Positions 57,368-64,000 of a stretch of DNA of 64,000 nucleotides are shown here, in pieces; position 1 is the stretch's first letter; the number at the start of each line of letters is the position of its first letter. Location: the NCBI GenBank assembly GCA_020137815.1, contig CM035351.1:744001-808000 (forward strand). Direction: 5' to 3'. The translations under genes were made by a program, and so were the position numbers. The stretch comes from Hormiphora californensis (lineage: Eukaryota > Animalia > Ctenophora). The notes under the pieces were generated by a model. That model saw nothing but the letters and a program-made list of their open reading frames with translations, made no database searches and was not told the origin of the DNA.

Positions 57368-59151
57368 TCATCTTAGGGTGATTCTAGAAGTGTCCCAATA
57401 CAGAGAACTCTCGGAGAATATCAAAGTCCAGATATAGGGCACAAAGAACTCGTTTGATTCCGATTCTTCGATGTACTCAAACTTTAACACTGGTGTCATC
57501 TGAAAGGACGTGATATTATTCGGTATAGAATTGAAGCTGAGCAGGGAAAGGGGTTTCAATCTATGCTTGTATCTTTGAGGAGGTAGTAATCAGGAACCGC
57601 CCGAATCAGGAAATACTGGTCCCTGATTGGCTGATAACCAGTCACGTGACCTAAATAACGAGTTCTGATTGGTTGTTTACTTGTTTTGGTCGGTTCCTGG
57701 TAGTAATTATTACCTGAAGTCTGTCGGAGGGCCACTGTCGGGCAAGTTCCTCAATAACTTCCTGGACCCCAGTCACACTGACACCCTCTTGTTCGGTCTT
57801 CAGCTCCAATCTCTCTGTCAGACAAGCCAACACCTAAACAATTCAAACTGATGAAACAATTCAAATCACCAGGAGCACTGGCCAATAAAAAATAAAGACA
57901 GTGAAATATTGGGGAACTGGCCAATAAAAACTAAAGGCAGAGAAGTATTGGGGAACTGGCCAATCAGAAGACAGAGAACTGCGTACCGTTTCAATATTGG
58001 TCACGTGTTCTGAGAGGGTTGGGTGTGTCCTGAATCGGGTAAAGACCTCTCTCTTGTGCAGCATCTCATAGATTAGGGCTGTATTGTTCTTCCCACTGTA
58101 ACACAGGGTGCAGTTGAATACCTCCAGGAAAATACGAATCACGTCCTCAAGGGTCGATAGTTCTGCTGCCTGGGAGTTGGGAGGGTGTTACCATGTCCAT
58201 GAGTGGTTCTAATGTGTGGAAACACACTCAATTTTATGGTACAAAGTTTATCTACAAAAACCTAAACACACAAGATATAACTCATGTGATATCACTTTCT
58301 AACCTGGACTTCAGTCACCTCCTCGGTCCCCTCACACGCAGAACTTAGTTTACCATATTTCTTAACAAAGTTACAAAACAGATTCACCAGCTTCTCAGCA
58401 ACGTAGGGGTGGAAAGAGTGGAATTTGGAGGAGAGATTAGCAAGGGCAGCCAGACAGTTCGTGTGCAGATACCTGGGAGAGAGAGAGAGAGGTAATGGGA
58501 GGGTTCATAATCTGCCCGGTTACAGCGAGATACATGAGTTTGAAACACATTTGTTTCTTGTGACCCCTACACATAGTGACAGCTCCTACCTGTCTCTGAG
58601 TTTGGTCATGTTCGCCTGAATGGTTCGGAGGATTATCAAAATGAGGAGTCCCCCGGCAGATATATCAGTTAGAACACGCTCCTTGTACCATGGGACAGAG
58701 GGGAGGATCTGGGGGGATGTTGATTAGCCACCTTGTATTACATTTGAATCAAAATCAAATTGAATTAGAATGCAAGCATCTTGGAAAATGATTTGGGATC
58801 ATTTCTCGTCTCTCCTACCATTGCGCGCACAACGTCATAACACTATCTCACAACTGTGTCGCGGCGCGTTACTGCAAGTACAACAGCTGTGTGACACACT
58901 TGAGACAACACACTGACTCGGTGATAACAACATGTCAAACTCTAAACCTGTCAAACCATCCCTGATGTACCTGATCGTGCACATAGGAGCTAAAAGCGTC
59001 GTCGTGAGTTAGAATTAGGAGCAGGATTAGGACCATATAGAGATGGTGTGTGCTGTGACAGTCAGCATTGTATAACACTCGTAACAGAGGTAGTAGCAAC
59101 TGTTCTGTGTCAGTCCGGGAGAGGATGTAGGTTCGTGCGTTAGGGTTGCCC
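57368..59151 (-). CDS. DYM: Dymeclin, six 3' exons only
   Basis: [68 protein letters not shown]. Confidence 0.92.
57591..57699. mobile_element. MITE family A copy
   Basis: 109 bp; TSD GTAGTAAT. Confidence 0.9.
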
Positions 59152-59824
59152 TGCAAGAGAGAAGGGGATGTAGGTTCGTGCGTTAGGGTTGCCCTGCAAG
59201 AGAGATGGAGGGTGGGGGTTTAGGAGGGATATCCTACATAGGGCGAGATGGGGCCGGGGTTATTATAGGGATGAGGGGTTGCACGCTCTGGGGGTCTTTC
59301 ACGAACACTTCGGTCCTAACTTTTTTGGGACCAATATTGCACTAGGACTTTTTTGAAATGGCTTTCACGAACAGAAGTTGGGGGTAGGCGGGGAGGGTAA
59401 TTACCCCAATGCTCTCTATTTTGGCTTTCACGAAACTGAAGTTAGGACCGTAACTCACGTAGTCCTAAAGTCGCACGTGACCCATGTGAGTGTTGAAAAC
59501 CAATAGGTAAACAAACACGTGATCACCAATAGCCATTTATGATTCAGATAGACTGACACGAGTATAAACATGATCACGTGACATTCGCAACAGAAGGGTG
59601 CAGGTGGAATTTCCAGTCAAGTTGGTGTATGAATAGTATTCATATATCAATGAATACATCAGTATTCTCTCTATCTCTCTCTCACGGCTCACCCTCTCTC
59701 CCTGTTCATCTCTCACCCTCTCTCCCTGTTCATCTCTCTTTCTCTCTCACTCTCTCCCTCCATATCTCACTCTCTGTATCTCCGGCCTCTCTCTCCCTCT
59801 CTCTCACTCTCTCTCTCTCTTTAC

Positions 59825-61499
59825 GGGGGGGTTCCAACCTATTTCGTGTACGTTTGTACGGAAAAAAACACGGGTTTCCTCAAACAAAAAAATACAAAAA
59901 AATACAAAAAAATACAAAAAAGTACAAAAAAATACAAAAAAATAAAAACAGTTTTATATGGTAATTTACCATTATTGTTCGAACTTTTACTGTTTTTAAA
60001 CATTCTTCCACGCAATTTCACGCAATTTAGCACAAAATATATACATATTTTACATATGTAGCATGCCAAAATCGCGAGAGAAATTTCCCCGAATCGCAAT
60101 TTCTTACCGAGAAAATTTTCCAATTTTCTCGAATCGTATTTTCTAAGCGAGAAATTTCCCCGAATCGCAATTTCTTACCGAGAAAATTTTCTCGAATCGT
60201 ATTTTCTAAGCGAGAAATTTCCCCGAATCGCAATTTCTTACCGAGAAAATTTTCCCGAATCGTATTTTCTAAGCGAGAAATTTCCCCAAATCGCAATTTC
60301 TTACCGAGAAAATTTTCCCGAATCGCAATTTCTTACCGAGAAAATGTTCTCGAATCGTATTTTCTAAGCGAGAAATTTCCCCGAATCGCAATTTCTTACC
60401 GAGAAAATTTTCTTGAATCGTATTTTCTAAGCGAGAAATTTCCCCGAATCGCAATTTCTTACCGAGAAAATTTTCCAATTTTCTCGAATCGTATTTTCTA
60501 AGCGAGAAATTTCCCCGAATCGCAATTTCTTACCGAGAAAATTTTCTCGAATCGTATTTTCTAAGCGAGAAATTTCCCCGAATCGCAATTTCTTACCGAG
60601 AAAATTTTCCCGAATCGTATTTTCTAAGCGAGAAATTTCCCCGAATCGCAATTTCTTACCGAGAAAATTTTCCCGAATCGCAATTTCTTACCGAGAAAAT
60701 GTTCTCGAATCGTATTTTCTAAGCGAGAAATTTCCCCGAATCGCAATTTCTTACCGAGAAAATTTTCTCGAATCGTATATTCTAAGCGAGAAATTTCCCC
60801 GAATCGCAATTTCTTACCGAGAAAATTTTCCCGAATCTTATTTTCTTAGCGAGAAATTTCCCCGAATCGCAATTTCTTACCGAGAAAATTTTCCCGAATC
60901 GTATTTTCTAAGCGAGAAATTTCCCCGAATCGCAATTTCTTACCGAGAAAATTTTCTCGAATCGTATTTTCTAAGCGAGAAATTTCCCCGAATCGTATTT
61001 TCTAAGCGAGAAAATTTTCCCGAATCGCAACTTCTTACCGAGAAAATGTTCTCGAATCGTATTTTCTAAGCGAGAAATTTCCCCGAATCGCAATTTCTTA
61101 CCGAGAAAATTTTCTCGAATCGTATTTTCTAAGCGAGAAATTTCTCCAAATCGCAATTTCTTACCGAGAAAATTTTCTCGAATTGTATTTTCTAAGCGAG
61201 AAATTTTCCCGAATCGCAATTTCTTACCGAGAAAATTTTCTCGAATCGTATTTTCTAAGCTAGAAATTTCCCCGAATCGCAATTTCTTACCGTTTATGTA
61301 TAGCTGGGTTCCGTTTATGTTCATGTACATGTATTATTTATACTTTTATCAGGCACCCACATCCTTCATTATTTTTTTGTATTTTTTTGTATTTTTTTGT
61401 ATTGTTTGTATGGAAAAAAACAGGAATTTTGGATACTTTTATGTATGGTCCGTACAAAAAAATACAAAAAAATACAAAAAAATAGGTTGGAACCCCCCC
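59825..61499. mobile_element. G-run-terminated MITE (family C) carrying a 1.2-kb satellite, nested in the Harbinger-like element
   Basis: TIR GGGGGGGTTCCAACCTATTT; 8-bp TSD CTCTTTAC. Confidence 0.85.
60075..61292. repeat. 57-bp dimeric (28+29) satellite
   Basis: CGAATCGCAATTTCTTACCGAGAAAATTTTCT alternating with CGAATCGTATTTTCTAAGCGAGAAATTTCCC. Confidence 0.93.
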
Positions 61500-61587
61500 C
61501 TCTTTACCTCTCTTTTTCTATCTTTATCTCACCCTCTCTGTCAAACCCTCTCTGTCTGTTCATCTCTCTTTCTCTCTCACTCTCTTC

Positions 61588-61733
<146 letters not shown>

Positions 61734-62345
61734 AGGAGTTCACAAATAGTTTATTTGTGAAGATTGAAGCAATTTGAGGTTGTTTTGGGAATTGTCTTGT
61801 TTTCATTAAAACTGCGGCTGAGATCCCATAAAAGTGTATGCTCGAATGCACATTATGGCTTCACCTATCAAAGTTAGGACCGCATTTTGGTCCCAACTGA
61901 GAGTTAGGACAGCTTTTACCTGTCCTAACTCTAGGGAGAGTTAGGACCAAAATCCTAGTGGTTGGGACCGGAGTTGGGACCGCAAATTAGAGAGTTGGGA
62001 TCTTTTTTGATAGTTAGGACCGCGGGAAAGGTAGTCACGTGGGGCATCACGCAATTAAAGTGTCGAATTACACAGCTGGGACCGGAGTTAGGACCGAAAG
62101 TTGGGACCGGTCCTAACTCTCTAAAAACGGTCCTAACTTTGGCCGTTCGTGAAAGCCACATTGCAAATTTTGGTCCTAACTACGCTGGGACCGGTCCTAA
62201 CTTCGGTCCTAATTGTTTCGTGAAAGACCCCCTGATCTAAAGGCGTGCGTGGTGAGGGGGTGGGATAAGAATCAAAACAATTTTCACTGCATCCTGTGGT
62301 GTTGTGAGCTGTGTGCGGTGGAATCAAGTTACATTTTTATCTACA

Positions 62346-62919
62346 ATGATTTTAGTTTTGTTCCTTCTGTCCCTCTCCACTGCTACTATAACACACAGGC
62401 CTGTCGTTACACAACAAACTGAGTTAGATGCCGTTACACTAGATGCTGATACATTAGACCCTGCTGTTACACAGCACCCTGCCTCAACAAAAGATGCTGC
62501 TGTGACGACACAAGATACTACTATTGTTAGTACACAGAAGCCTCCTTCTGCTACAAAAGACACTGTCAACATTTGCCCATGGGATGACTGTCCCCGAACT
62601 GGATTTCAGAAACTCTGCAACTGTGTGAACAATGAAACTACTGCCCCTTATTAAACCAGGCACCACTACTACAGCAGCAGAGGGAAGTTGTTAAGATCGG
62701 CCTGCTATTCCCAACTAAGGATTGCAGACTGTACATTTGTAGAGGGATGCTATTGATGGCAAGGCGGTGGAACTAGCTATTGAACGGGTGAATGCTAACC
62801 CTGACCTGATACCAGGGTTTGAGTTACAGCTGGTAAAGCATGAGAAGTATACAGGGTGTGTACCTAAGGCTAACACACTGGGTTACGCAATGAGGATGAG
62901 TGTCAATCAGAAAGTAAAG
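62346..62919 (+). CDS. First exon of a receptor with signal peptide, Thr-rich stalk and ANF-receptor/Venus-flytrap domain (indels near 62650-62740)
   Basis: MILVLFLLSLSTA; IGLLFP; AVELAIERVNANPDLIPGFEL; donor AAG|GTGAGA. Receptor class cannot be determined. Confidence 0.75.
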
Positions 62920-63009
62920 GTGAGATGTTTAGATCTACCGAAATGACCAACATTGACGATTAATCTGTTTGAGTCTCGTAGGCTTCTTCAGTTATCCAAA
63001 TCTTTACAA

Positions 63010-64000
63010 CTCCCTACCTCTCCCCCAACTCCTCTCTCCCCTGCAGGGGACTAATTCCCTCCCTCCCTCTCCCCAGGGGACTAACTCCCTCCCTCCCTCT
63101 CTCTTCCAGGCTCTGGTAGGACCAGTACTAACTCCCTCTCTCTTCCAGGCTCTGGTAGGACCAGTACTAACTCCCTCCCTCCCTCTCTCTCTTCCAGCCC
63201 CCTTCCTCCCCCAGGCACTAACTCCCTCCCTCTCTCCTCCAGGCTCTGGTAGGACCAGTACTAACACCCTCCCTCTCTCTTCCAGGCTCTGGTAGGACCA
63301 GTATTAACCCCCTCCCTCTCTCCCCCAGGCTCTGGTAGGACCAGCACTAACTCCCTCCCTCTCTCTTCCAGGCCCTGGTAGGACCAGTACTAACTCCCTC
63401 CCTACCTCTCTCCCCCCCAGGGGACTAACACCCCCCTCCCTCTCTCTTCCAGGCTCTGGTAGGACCAGCACTAACTCCCTCCCTCCCTCTCTCTTCCAGG
63501 CTCTGGTAGGACCAGTACTAACTAACTCCCTCCCTCTCTCTTCCAGGCTCTGGTAGGACCAGTACTAACTCCCTCCCTCCCTCTCTCTTGCAGGCTCTGG
63601 TAGGACCAGTACTAACTCCCTCCCTCTTCCAGCCCCATTTCTCCCCCAGGCACTAACTCCCCCCTCCCTCTTCCAGGCTCTGGTAGGACCAGTACTAACT
63701 CCCTCCCTCTCTCTTGCAGGCTCTGGTAGGACCAGTACTAACTCCCTCCCTCTTCCAGCCCCCTTCCTCCCCCAGTGGACTAACTCCCTCCCTCCCTCTT
63801 CCAGGCTCTGGTAGGACCAGTACTAACTCCCTCCCTCTCTCTTCCAGCCCCCTTCCTCCCCCAGGCACTAACTCCCTCCCTCCCTCCCTCTTCCAGGCTC
63901 TGGTAGGACCAGTACTAACTCCCTCCCTCCCTCTCTCTTCCAGGCTCTGGTAGGACCAGTACTAACTCCCTCCCTCCCTCTCTCCCCCCAGGGGACTAAC
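63010..64000 (+). repeat. About 40-47-bp minisatellite built from a 3' splice site plus five codons
   Basis: Unit TACTAAC-(Y)n-CAG|GCTCTGGTAGGACCAG, about 15 copies; runs off the window. Confidence 0.9.

Noticed and set aside
60075-61292. CRISPR-like regular repeats (also 51820-52625, 63010-64000)
   Set aside because: No unique spacers, no cas genes, eukaryotic context; these are satellites.

Overview
Eukaryotic (animal) genomic DNA from an error-prone draft assembly (100-N gap at 503-602, homopolymer-corrupted sequence to about 2070, scattered 1-bp indels in conserved genes). The compact, gene-dense organisation fits a basal marine invertebrate such as a ctenophore (inference only). Minus strand: two tandem, divergent FERM-SH2-pseudokinase (JAK-like) units, mitochondrial-type GTP PEPCK, an iolG-like dehydrogenase and the 3' half of dymeclin. 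Plus strand: two tight co-directional clusters (COX7C-RPL30-UBE3C-RPL36A-SAFB; CRTAP-like-JMJD4-PHF2/8-like-DCXR-VMP1-AP4E1-GTF2A2) and the first exon of a Venus-flytrap-domain receptor. Introns hold many MITEs, Helentron-like elements, LINE fragments and satellites. Main observations: (1) nearly every downstream gene has a pyrimidine tract and AG, often with a branch-point motif, just before its ATG, suggesting trans-spliced operons; (2) a 3.5-kb transposon inside the DCXR coding region whose inverted repeats supply a splice donor and a 13-nt-period array of acceptors; (3) recurrent tandem duplication of splice junctions, culminating in a roughly 1-kb array of branch point-acceptor-ALVGP units; (4) JAK-like proteins with only a pseudokinase, possibly sharing one terminal exon.
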